64,000 nt of DNA, taken from assembly GCA_963777605.1 (NCBI GenBank), contig CAVZRV010000011.1, forward strand, positions 96,001-160,000. The letters are read 5' to 3'. The translations under genes were made by a program, and so were the position numbers. The first letter of the stretch is position 1. Each line of letters begins with the position of its first letter. The DNA is from an uncultured Acidobacteriota bacterium. Its GTDB lineage: Bacteria > Acidobacteriota > UBA6911 > RPQK01 > JAPXNP01. The notes under the pieces are model-generated. The model did not search any database, was not told where the DNA came from, and saw only the letters and a list, made by a program, of their open reading frames with translations. Positions 39,988 to 48,772 of this stretch are shown piece by piece.

Positions 39988-41085
39988 CTACTGCGTATCC
40001 TCTACCCTGATTGACTCGATGGTGATCGGCATCAGCGGCTTTTCCCCCTGGGTTGGAGCCTGGGCGATCCCGTCCACCGTGTCGATCCCCTGGCTGACAC
40101 GGCCGAAAACAGTGTACTGCCCGTCAAGCGAAGGAATCGTGTCGAGGCAGATGAAAAAGGTGTCGATCCCGCTGTCGGGATCGTTCGCTCGAGCCATCGA
40201 GAGCACCCCTCGAACATGGGGCCGGTCGCTGAATTCGGCCTTCAGTGGGTGAACCAGGGCCCGGTACTTCTGCGGGATCGGCTCCTTGCGGCTGGAAAGT
40301 GCCCCGCCCTGGATCACGAAGTTAGGCACCACGCGGTGAAACGTGGTCCCATCGTAAAGACCCAGCTTGGCGAAGCGGAGGAACTGCCGGACGTGCTCGG
40401 GAGCAGTGTCGGGAAAGAACTCGAGCCTGAACTCACCCAGGTTGGTCTTCACCAGTGCGGTGTAGCGGGCGAGTTCCTCGGCCGGGAGGCCTTCAAAAGG
40501 AATCGGTTCAGGCTTGGGGCGTTCCCGCTCGTAGGTGCGCTGGATGACGACCCGGTCTCTCAATCGCTGGGACGCATCGGTCGGCATCGTGGAAATTGCC
40601 TCCGCCACTTCCATCCCTTCGACGACCTTTCCGAAGATCGTGAACTGCCCGTCAAGCTGCGGCTGGTCGGTCACGCAAATGAAGAACTGCGCCCCTCCAC
40701 TGTTGGGTTGCCCGGGAACGAGCACAGCCGAGACCGTGCCCCGCGTGTGTGACAAGTTGCTGATCTCGGCGTCCAATTCGAAGAGTCCCCCGGTACCGTA
40801 CTGTTCGGACTTGGCGGGATCTTTTGAGAGAGGGTCTCCGCCCTGAATGATCCCCAGCGGAATTGCCCGGTGAAAAGTCGTGCCTTCGTATTCGCCCTTT
40901 CGAATCCGCTCCCTGAACCGGGCCACGTGCCTGGGTGCAACCTCGGGATAGAGTTCGAGAACCATCTGGCCTTTCGAGGTCTCAATTACGACCTGGCGAT
41001 CTGCCAGCTTCGGATCTTCGGCGGCACCGAACCCTGAATTCGCCCCTGCCAGGAGGAGAATCAGGGCCAACAAGGCTTTCCTCAT
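39988..41085 (-). CDS. Secreted peptidyl-prolyl isomerase with two cyclophilin domains
   Basis: Signal peptide; two FHR...IQGG / QFFIC or TFFIC / LDGQ-T-FG repeats. Confidence 0.92.
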   Translation of the reverse strand: MRKALLALILLLAGANSGFGAAEDPKLADRQVVIETSKGQMVLELYPEVAPRHVARFRERIRKGEYEGTTFHRAIPLGIIQGGDPLSKDPAKSEQYGTGGLFELDAEISNLSHTRGTVSAVLVPGQPNSGGAQFFICVTDQPQLDGQFTIFGKVVEGMEVAEAISTMPTDASQRLRDRVVIQRTYERERPKPEPIPFEGLPAEELARYTALVKTNLGEFRLEFFPDTAPEHVRQFLRFAKLGLYDGTTFHRVVPNFVIQGGALSSRKEPIPQKYRALVHPLKAEFSDRPHVRGVLSMARANDPDSGIDTFFICLDTIPSLDGQYTVFGRVSQGIDTVDGIAQAPTQGEKPLMPITIESIRVEDTQ

Positions 41086-41113
41086 TCTGATGCGTCCTTT
41101 CATTCCCGGGCTG

Positions 41114-42292
41114 TCACGCCGGCCCACCCTGGCTGAGAAGCGTTCGGGCGATCGCTTCATAGCCAACCCGGGATGCGGTCAGCTGATCGATCTCGATGTA
41201 TTCGTCCACCACATGGGCCAGCGCTTCCCGCGACGGCCCGTACCCAACGGTCGGCAACCCCAGTTCCCCTGCCGTCAGGGCGGCGTTCGTGCAGAATCGA
41301 TAGGCCGATATCCCCCGCATCAGGCCGACGCTCTCCAGAGCCGACACTGACCCCCGAACGATAGGGGACTCCATGAGGGTCTCCCACGGTGGATACCACT
41401 TCCTGGAGACCAGCACTTGACCGGTTGGAGTGGTGACCCGCGCTTCTGCCAGTTCGACGGTAGTTTCAACCTCCGCTTGACGACAGCAGTCCTCGAAATC
41501 GGCGTTCACTCCCTCCAGTGTATCTCCCGGGACTAATCGACGTTCGTAGGTCATTAGACATCTGCCGGGGACCATTGACTGCGCCGGGAACGGGTCCGAG
41601 ACCAGTGCCGTGAGGCACTGCACCCCTGCCCCAACCAGGTCATGGCGAGGCATCTCGAGCCTCTCGACTTCACGGATCACCCGGATTGCTTCCAGGACGG
41701 CATTCTTACCCAACTCGGGACTGGAGGCATGAGCCGGCCGCCCGGCGACATCGAGAATGAATTCCGCCCTGCCCCGCCCACCTCGGGCCAGTTTGAGGTC
41801 GCTGGGTTCACCAATGACCACGAAGTCGGGACAGAAGGACTCGAGCACACCCTTGAGAGCCGTTCCCTCGGTTTGCTCTTCACCGATGGAGCCGCATACA
41901 ACCAGGCGACCCGCCAGCGTCTCCCGGTTGAGATTCCCGCCAGCACGAATCATGGCGGCGAGGGCGCCCTTCATGTCGGTTGAGCCTCGACCCCAGATTC
42001 GCCCACCCTTCACGAGTCCCTCAAAAGGCCCAACCGTCCAGGACTCCGGACGACCGATCCCGACCGTGTCCAAGTGTGCGTCGAAGAGAAGTACCGGGCC
42101 CGGAGAAGATCCTTCCACCACGCCCAGCACGTTACCCACAGGATCCCGGAAGACTTCGTCGAAGCCGAGCAGTTCCATCTCGACCGCTACGATGGACGCC
42201 ACCCCGTCTTCGCCGCCTAGAACACTGGGTTGCCGCACGAGGCGGCAGGCAAGATCCACGAGGGCCTCATCTTCCTCATCGATCCAGGGCAT
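41114..42292 (-). CDS. M20/ArgE-DapE family metallohydrolase (YgeY-like)
   Basis: FDAHLDTV, GRGSTDMKG, EE, IGEPS, AHASSP, GYGP...AHVVDE. Confidence 0.88.
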   Translation of the reverse strand: MPWIDEEDEALVDLACRLVRQPSVLGGEDGVASIVAVEMELLGFDEVFRDPVGNVLGVVEGSSPGPVLLFDAHLDTVGIGRPESWTVGPFEGLVKGGRIWGRGSTDMKGALAAMIRAGGNLNRETLAGRLVVCGSIGEEQTEGTALKGVLESFCPDFVVIGEPSDLKLARGGRGRAEFILDVAGRPAHASSPELGKNAVLEAIRVIREVERLEMPRHDLVGAGVQCLTALVSDPFPAQSMVPGRCLMTYERRLVPGDTLEGVNADFEDCCRQAEVETTVELAEARVTTPTGQVLVSRKWYPPWETLMESPIVRGSVSALESVGLMRGISAYRFCTNAALTAGELGLPTVGYGPSREALAHVVDEYIEIDQLTASRVGYEAIARTLLSQGGPA

Positions 42293-42339
42293 CAGAAAAT
42301 ATTCGCCTCCATGAAGCTCGGGCCGCTTGCCGCAGCCCC

Positions 42340-43296
42340 TTACGTCCGGCCCAACGATCCGGCCGGCAGTGGCCCGAGGTCACCGACCCGACAGTTGTCC
42401 TCAACCTGGGCAATCGTACGCCCGCCCGGGATCACGGTGTGGCAGGCGGGGTGCGTGATCGTGAAGCGCAGGCTGACCTGGGCCCTGGTCTGATCCGGAA
42501 AAGACGAGTAGAGACCTTCAAATGACTCCAACCGCTCCAGGTATCCGGTCAACTTCGCCGGGGAAAGGTTGAAGCTGCGGTGGTCGTCTTCATTGAACCG
42601 GCTCGACCGGTTGAATTTCCCGGTAAGGAGACCGAACAGGAGCGGGATACGAACGATGATCCCGATACCGAGACGCTCCGTCAGGGGGAAAAGCTCAGTC
42701 TCAGCATTCCTCTCGAGCAGGTTGTACCGCACCTGGAGGCAGTCGAGCAGGTCCTGATATTGCTTTACGTACTTGAGGTGGGTAGTTTCTTTGAAGGACT
42801 TGATGCTCCAACCCGCGAAACGGATTTTCCCTTCCTTTTTGAGCTGGTAAAGCGCCTCCCAGGGCTCTTCCGACTCCAGCTGTGCGGTGTCCAGACTATG
42901 TAACTGGAGGATGTCCAGGCAACCCCTGCGGAGCCTGCGCAAGCTCTTTTCGACAGCGGAAACCAGGTACTCCCTGCCGCCGTTGAGGCGGATCGGCCCG
43001 TATCCCGCGTCGTCCTCGGGAGTGGCGTTGTAAAAGTCGTTGCCAGCCTTGGTCGCCACCACGACATCGTCACCCCCAACGTCCGACAGCACCTCTGCGA
43101 TCAACTCTTCAGAATGGCCGTAGCCGTATACATCGGCCGTGTCAATCAAGGTCACGCCCAGTTCAAGCGCCCTTCGCAGCGTCTGCTTCGATTCCCGGTC
43201 GTCAGTCGGCCCCCAGTTCACCCCTCCGATAGCCCATGCGCCGAATCCGACCCGGGACACCCGGGGACCTTTTCTGCCCAGTTGGATATAGTCCAC
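42340..43296 (-). CDS. Aldo/keto reductase
   Basis: GFGAWAIGG, IDTADVYGYGHSE, SLRRL...DILQLH. Confidence 0.92.
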   Translation of the reverse strand: MDYIQLGRKGPRVSRVGFGAWAIGGVNWGPTDDRESKQTLRRALELGVTLIDTADVYGYGHSEELIAEVLSDVGGDDVVVATKAGNDFYNATPEDDAGYGPIRLNGGREYLVSAVEKSLRRLRRGCLDILQLHSLDTAQLESEEPWEALYQLKKEGKIRFAGWSIKSFKETTHLKYVKQYQDLLDCLQVRYNLLERNAETELFPLTERLGIGIIVRIPLLFGLLTGKFNRSSRFNEDDHRSFNLSPAKLTGYLERLESFEGLYSSFPDQTRAQVSLRFTITHPACHTVIPGGRTIAQVEDNCRVGDLGPLPAGSLGRT

Positions 43297-43299
43297 GAA

Positions 43300-43707
43300 T
43301 CACTTCCCGTCGGTTTCAGGGCATCCGGCCCGCGTGACCCGAACACGACAGGTGGCAATCACCTCGTGATTCGACGAGTCAAGAAGGTAGAACACCATGC
43401 GGTCTTTCACCCAGTCCTTGGTTTCCGCCGATCCTTCCGATTCACCTTCGGCGAAGAGAGCTCCGTCAGGGCTGTTGACGTGGATCTCCACCGAGGAGAC
43501 CTCTGGAACCTTCCAGTAAACGGTCGTCCGACCCAAGTCGTCGTCGCATGACTGGATTACGTTGGGATCCGCCCAGAACACGTCGGGGCGATCGATCAGG
43601 ACTCGGGTTTCCGACGATTCGTCACCCCCGCCCAGGCTCGGCTGGGAACAGCCAACCAGAACCGCGATCAGGATTATCAGGGCACCACCGAAAATTCGTC
43701 TCTTCAA
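43300..43707 (-). CDS. Small hypothetical lipoprotein with a beta-rich domain
   Basis: Lipobox LVGC after a basic/hydrophobic leader; GAGGAGG RBS upstream. Confidence 0.7.
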   Translation of the reverse strand: MKRRIFGGALIILIAVLVGCSQPSLGGGDESSETRVLIDRPDVFWADPNVIQSCDDDLGRTTVYWKVPEVSSVEIHVNSPDGALFAEGESEGSAETKDWVKDRMVFYLLDSSNHEVIATCRVRVTRAGCPETDGK

Positions 43708-43825
43708 CTGTCTACCTCCTCAAGCCCGGATTCTAGCACCGCCAAAACCCCGGTTGAAAGGCGCGGCCCGATCCCGAAGTCCCGCGCTTGCCAATCTCCA
43801 GCTTCCAATACTAGGATCGCAGGAA

Positions 43826-45385
43826 ATGAGTAAATGGATCTGGAGATTGGTGATGGTGCTCTCGCTTTGCCTCGTAGCCCTCGCAGTCGCGGTCTGGTAC
43901 CAGGTCAGAGACCGTCATCCCGGGTACGCCCTACGGCTGGAGATCCCGCGCTCTCCCCGGGGTGCCATCCAGGCCGGTTTCGCCGCCTGCGTGATCACAC
44001 CGAAAATCAAGGACCGCTGGATCGATGCCAACGATGACGCGTCCTACCACGAAGCTGACGGGGACACTTTCGTGGACGAGAATGGCAATGGATCATTCGA
44101 TGCCCTGTGGATGGCTGGGTTTCAGAATGCCCGACCGGCCAACGGAATTCACGACGATCTCTGGGCTCGGGCCATGGTTCTGGACGACGGCAACGCCCGG
44201 ATTGCGCTTGTGGCACTCGACGTCATTGGCCTGTTTCACGACGACGTCCTGGATATCCGCGAAGAGATTTCCCGGCACTGCCGGGTTGACTACACCATCG
44301 TCACCAGCACCCACAATCACGAGGCACCCGACCTGCTCGGGCTCTGGGGTCCCAGCTACTTCAAAAGTGGTGTTAACCCGTCGTTCCGCGAACAGGTGAA
44401 ACACGGTGCGGCAATTGCCGTAGTCGAGGCCGTATCGAACCTTCGCCCTGCACGGCTTCGCGTCGTACAGGACCTTGATGCCGCCAAGGACCTGGTTACC
44501 GACACGCGGCCTCCAGAAGTCTACGATCCCGGCCTGCGACTGATCCAGGCAACCGACCCTGGCACGGGTGCTACGCTGGGCGTGCTGGCGGCCTGGGCGA
44601 ACCATCCCGAGACCACCTGGAGCCAAAACCTTCAAATCACCTCCGACTTCCCCCACTTTTTCAGAGAGGGCATCGAAAAAGGCGTTGGTCCGGCGGACAA
44701 TCGCCTGGAGGAGGGGTTAGGCGGCACGGTCGTCTACGTCAACGGAGCGATCGGCGGGTTAATGACCACCTCGCCGTCGGTTTCGGTGGTCGATCCGGTG
44801 ACCGGCGTCCAATACGCTGAGCCCTGTATGGAGAAGGCGCAGGCCGAGGGAAACCAGCTTGCCCTGGTAGCACTGCGGATGCTCAAGAGCAGCACGCCCG
44901 AGGTCATTGAACGGGGAGCGATCGAACTCCAGGCCAGAACCGTACTGGTGCCTCTGCACAACCCGATCTTCCGGTTGGGGGTGATGCTGGGGATCATCAA
45001 CCGCGGCTTTGCCGGCTGGATGCAGCTCCGCACCGAAGTCGCTGCCTGGAAGCTGGGCCCGATCAGTTTCATTTGCGTGCCGGGAGAGGTCTACCCGGAG
45101 ATCGTCGAGGGTGGAATTGAGGCTCCCGAGGGCAGGGATTTCGCCGTCGATCCGGTCGAAGTACCGCCGCTCCGATCCCTTATGCCCGGCAAGTACCGCT
45201 TTGTCCTCGGCCTCGCCAATGACGAGATTGGATACATCATTCCCCGTTCCGAGTGGGATGAAGATCCCCCCTACCTCTACGGTGCTCCGGAAAAACTCTA
45301 CGGGGAAATCACCTCGCTTGGACCGGACACAGCCCCCCTGGTTCACCAGCAGATTCGGGAACTGGTAACCAGGCTGACCCGCTGA
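43826..45385 (+). CDS. Neutral/alkaline ceramidase-like metallohydrolase, N-terminally anchored
   Basis: GIHDDLWARAMV, STHNHEAPD, WANHPE, TSDFP, VPGEVYPE, GLANDEIGY; start ATG 43826. Confidence 0.75.
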   Translation: MSKWIWRLVMVLSLCLVALAVAVWYQVRDRHPGYALRLEIPRSPRGAIQAGFAACVITPKIKDRWIDANDDASYHEADGDTFVDENGNGSFDALWMAGFQNARPANGIHDDLWARAMVLDDGNARIALVALDVIGLFHDDVLDIREEISRHCRVDYTIVTSTHNHEAPDLLGLWGPSYFKSGVNPSFREQVKHGAAIAVVEAVSNLRPARLRVVQDLDAAKDLVTDTRPPEVYDPGLRLIQATDPGTGATLGVLAAWANHPETTWSQNLQITSDFPHFFREGIEKGVGPADNRLEEGLGGTVVYVNGAIGGLMTTSPSVSVVDPVTGVQYAEPCMEKAQAEGNQLALVALRMLKSSTPEVIERGAIELQARTVLVPLHNPIFRLGVMLGIINRGFAGWMQLRTEVAAWKLGPISFICVPGEVYPEIVEGGIEAPEGRDFAVDPVEVPPLRSLMPGKYRFVLGLANDEIGYIIPRSEWDEDPPYLYGAPEKLYGEITSLGPDTAPLVHQQIRELVTRLTR

Positions 45386-45511
45386 TCCAGTATACTGTGG
45401 GCTGATTTTTGCGGACCGGCGGAACCGCAGGTTGATCGTTCCTCCGAGCGGGTCCGCTTCGGAGAAGGTTGGAAGTTGATCCTTCGATTCCGTCAACTGA
45501 CTGTTGGAAAC

Positions 45512-45901
45512 ATGTACCGAATACTGCTGATTGCTCTGGCCGGATCTCTCGGCTGTCTTGGAAGGTACTGGCTGGGCGGATGGATCGCCCGCCACTTTGG
45601 GGAGTCATTCCCCTCCGGCACGCTGTTCGTCAACCTGCTGGGATGCTTCCTGATCGGTCTTCTTTACCACCTCCTCGAAGAACGCCTTCTGGTTGACCCG
45701 GCACTCCGTACCGCGATCCTGATCGGGTTTCTCGGAGCCCTGACCACCTTCTCCTCCTATTCTCTCCAGACCATGACACTTCTGCGCGACGGAGAATTCC
45801 TTCTTGCCGGGACCTATGTCGCGGTTTCAAACGTGGCCGGCCTGGCCCTGGTTTGGGGCGGTTACCAGTCGGCCAGAATCTTGATGGATGGGCTGTCATG
45901 A
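45512..45901 (+). CDS. crcB: Fluoride efflux channel Fluc/CrcB
   Basis: GTLFVNLLGCFLIG, GFLGALTTFSSY. Confidence 0.96.
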   Translation: MYRILLIALAGSLGCLGRYWLGGWIARHFGESFPSGTLFVNLLGCFLIGLLYHLLEERLLVDPALRTAILIGFLGALTTFSSYSLQTMTLLRDGEFLLAGTYVAVSNVAGLALVWGGYQSARILMDGLS

Positions 45902-46275
45902 AGAATTCGGAGACCGGTTACCTGATCCGGGTGTTTGTCGGCGAATCAGATCGGGCCGGACACCTCCCGCTTTATGAAGCGATCGTGAGAAAGGCCCGCG
46001 AATGCGGGTTGGCGGGTGCCACGGTCCTGCGCGGCCTGATGGGCTTTGGGCGCCACTCCGTGCTCCACACTGCCAAGGTCCTGAGGCTATCGGAAGACCT
46101 CCCCATGGTGATCGAGATCGTGGACAGCCGGGACAAGATCGAGGCGTTCCTGCCGGTGCTCGATTCGATGGTCACGGACGGACTGGTCACGCTGGAGAAG
46201 GTCCAGGTTATCCACTACCGGCCCGAACCCGCCCCGGGGGCAGGTGAGACGTTGATCAATCCGGACAACTCATAG
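45898..46275 (+). CDS. DUF190 PII-like protein
   Basis: GLAGATVLRGLMGFG, LSEDLPMVIEIVD; ATGA overlap with crcB. Confidence 0.92.
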   Translation: MKNSETGYLIRVFVGESDRAGHLPLYEAIVRKARECGLAGATVLRGLMGFGRHSVLHTAKVLRLSEDLPMVIEIVDSRDKIEAFLPVLDSMVTDGLVTLEKVQVIHYRPEPAPGAGETLINPDNS

Positions 46276-46327
46276 CCGGCAACCAACGCCGGAGATTCTA
46301 CTTTTTGTGCCCAGGGAGGTTTGAACA

Positions 46328-47122
46328 ATGAAGAGATCGACAGTCACTGCCACGATTGCTTGCACGCTAATGGTTTCGGGAATCCTCAGCGCCGACGCTC
46401 GGCTCAAGATGGAGTCATTCAGCCCCCAGGGCGATCTCGAAGAAACAGGCCTCGTCTATATCCAGGGCGACCGTTTCCTTCGCATGGAACCCGAAATCGA
46501 CGACCAGGGTCGCCCCCAGGACAACTCGATCATCTTCGATGGGGCCACCCAGACCTTCTGGGTGATCGACCATGAAGAGGAAGAGTACCTGCGCCTCGAC
46601 AAGACTGCGGTCGAGAAGATGTCCGGCCAGATCAAGGCGGCTTTGGACCAGATGCGCGATCAACTGGATCAACTTCCCGAAGATCAGCGCAAAATGATGG
46701 AAGAAACCCTTAAATCCCACCTCCCTTCGAAACAGGTGGAATTCACGTCCGAAGTCAAAGAAATCGGGTCAGAAGACGGCATGTCCAAGTACGAAGTCTG
46801 GGTCAACGGCAAGAAGGCCAGCATCGTTTGGACCCGCCCCGCAGCCGAGATTGGGCTTCCCGAGAACGCCATGGAGGTCTTTCGGAAAATGTCGGCCTTC
46901 TACGACGACGTCATGGAATCGCTCTCGGCGACCTTTCCCGACGCCTTCGCAACCGACAATCCGTTCACGAGCATCACGATGATGAAAGGCTTCCCGGTTC
47001 GCATGGAAGATGTCCAGAGCAAGCGGACGACCAAGCTGTCCGTAATCGGGACCGATCCGATCGATCCCTCGATGTTCGCTCCGCCACCCGACTACAAGGA
47101 ACGGAAACTGCAATTCCAGTAG
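46328..47122 (+). CDS. Exported hypothetical protein (DUF4412-like)
   Basis: Signal peptide; helical Q/M-rich middle; KGFPV...FAPPPDYKE ending. Confidence 0.65.
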   Translation: MKRSTVTATIACTLMVSGILSADARLKMESFSPQGDLEETGLVYIQGDRFLRMEPEIDDQGRPQDNSIIFDGATQTFWVIDHEEEEYLRLDKTAVEKMSGQIKAALDQMRDQLDQLPEDQRKMMEETLKSHLPSKQVEFTSEVKEIGSEDGMSKYEVWVNGKKASIVWTRPAAEIGLPENAMEVFRKMSAFYDDVMESLSATFPDAFATDNPFTSITMMKGFPVRMEDVQSKRTTKLSVIGTDPIDPSMFAPPPDYKERKLQFQ

Positions 47123-47176
47123 CAAGTGCTTTCACGCAGTCCCGAACATCACGGTCCGGCAAGACCGGTCCGATGA

Positions 47177-47207
47177 GCCTGACGGGTCCGATCCGTCGGG
47201 CAACTTT
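47177..47207 (+). terminator. Hairpin between convergent genes, possible intrinsic terminator
   Basis: gcctgacgg / ccgtcgggc stem followed by aactttt. Confidence 0.45.
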
Positions 47208-48499
47208 TACTTGCTCCGGGATTCCAGGTGCATCCTGGCAAACTTGATGTACTGCTCCCAGTCGTACGTGGTGACGTCGTGGCCCCCGCTTCGGATGTGG
47301 TAGCTGATCGTTCCGATCACCGGATGATCGACCGGAGGCATCTCCTGCGTGTCCAGTCCACCCGCTCCCAGAAGCCGGTAGACCGGATCGGCGTTTTTCG
47401 CGGCGAGGAATTCCCCCCGGGGATCCGCCCAGAGGTCCTCGGCAGCACTCGCAACGTAGAGGGGGCGCGGGGCGATCAGAGCCAGAAGTTCATGCTGATC
47501 GACAGGCAACTGGTCTTCCCGGCCGTTGTACTGCTTGAAATTGGCGCAGAACCAGTAGGGGAACGCAGTATTGATGGCCTCGACCGTCTCGCCGAAGCGA
47601 CGGCGTGAAAGTGCGGCGCCACCACAGCCGGAGTCGTTCGATATCACCATGGCGAAACGCTGGTCCTGCGCCCCGGCCCACAGAGCCGTCTTTCCCAGGC
47701 GGGAGTGTCCCATAACAATCACCCGGCGACGGGCAACGTCGTCGTCCTTCTCGAGGTAATCCATCACCCGGCTCAAACCGTAAGCCCAGGCGCCGATCGA
47801 TCCCCACTGGTCCGAGGCGGGCATGCGCTGGCCCAACAGGAAGAAGTAGCGGTGGATCCCGGCCTTGTATTCGTCGTCGTAGTCCGGGTCAATGTCCCCG
47901 TAGTAGGCTGTGGCCACGCCGAAACCGCTCTTCAGGATCAACTCGAGGGGCCATCGGCCGGCACTCGCTCCGCGTGTCGCTTCGGTAGCCTTGTGATCGC
48001 TGATCCCAAGGGCCTCGTTGTTGCGCACCCACGCGTCGGTAACCGGGACTCCCGGGTCGCTGCTGATCGACTGGTTGCCCTGGAAATTGAGCCCCAGAAA
48101 AACCGGTGCGGGCCCGCTGACCTGGTTCGGAAGGTAGAGAAGCAGGTTCAGAAAAGGCCCTTGATCGCTCCGGGTCAAGCCCACCCGGACCAGCTTGCGG
48201 GTAGCCAGTCCCCCCAGCGCGTTCCGGTCCCGATCGGTCACCTTGTAGGGCAACTCTCGAGCAAGCGGCGGGGCTTCCCCGTAAACCTGAGATCTGAAAA
48301 GCTTAAGAATTTCCGGCCGGCGCTTCTCGAACCAGGTCGCCACGTCCGTAACCGGCGTGCCGTCAGCGAGAACCAGAGGATTCGGCAAGGTGTACTGGGG
48401 AACCTTGCTCTCGTCGTAATTTGGTTGCTTGGTTGCATTTTGGCCCAACCCAACTCCAACCAGCAACAACCCGATCAGTCCCACCCCAAGATTCTTCAC
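47207..48499 (-). CDS. Secreted carbohydrate esterase family 15-like (glucuronoyl esterase) alpha/beta hydrolase
   Basis: NYDESKVP, GHSRLGK nucleophile elbow, SGCGG, DQHEL...IAPRP, DLWADP. Confidence 0.88.
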   Translation of the reverse strand: MKNLGVGLIGLLLVGVGLGQNATKQPNYDESKVPQYTLPNPLVLADGTPVTDVATWFEKRRPEILKLFRSQVYGEAPPLARELPYKVTDRDRNALGGLATRKLVRVGLTRSDQGPFLNLLLYLPNQVSGPAPVFLGLNFQGNQSISSDPGVPVTDAWVRNNEALGISDHKATEATRGASAGRWPLELILKSGFGVATAYYGDIDPDYDDEYKAGIHRYFFLLGQRMPASDQWGSIGAWAYGLSRVMDYLEKDDDVARRRVIVMGHSRLGKTALWAGAQDQRFAMVISNDSGCGGAALSRRRFGETVEAINTAFPYWFCANFKQYNGREDQLPVDQHELLALIAPRPLYVASAAEDLWADPRGEFLAAKNADPVYRLLGAGGLDTQEMPPVDHPVIGTISYHIRSGGHDVTTYDWEQYIKFARMHLESRSK

Positions 48500-48692
48500 A
48501 GCACCCCCCGGAAGTCAGAGAACCCGGCCAGGGGGCGCCCTGGAGAAACTCGGCAGTCATCCCCCGGTTGGCCGACTCAGGCTTGATTTTCCACATTTGT
48601 TTGGACGAGGTAAAGAGAAACGGACCCGGGAGTCGGACCGGCGGGCATCATGGGGTCCCCATTCGTCGATCAGTACTGAAACCTGCAACATT

Positions 48693-48737
48693 GAACGATG
48701 AGTCCCCCGCCAATGGAACGGGGGACCCTCATAGTTC
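48693..48737. terminator. GC-rich hairpin downstream of the radical SAM gene
   Basis: gtcccccg (48702-48709) / cgggggac (48719-48726), extended by atgag/ctcat and gaac/gttc. Confidence 0.45.
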
Positions 48738-48772
48738 GCCGAACGGCCTGGCCAATCGACCGGATTCAGATC

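Noticed and set aside
45388-45511. Canonical fluoride riboswitch
   Set aside because: The conserved 5' GGnGAUG element and pseudoknot partner were not found; kept only as a possible variant leader
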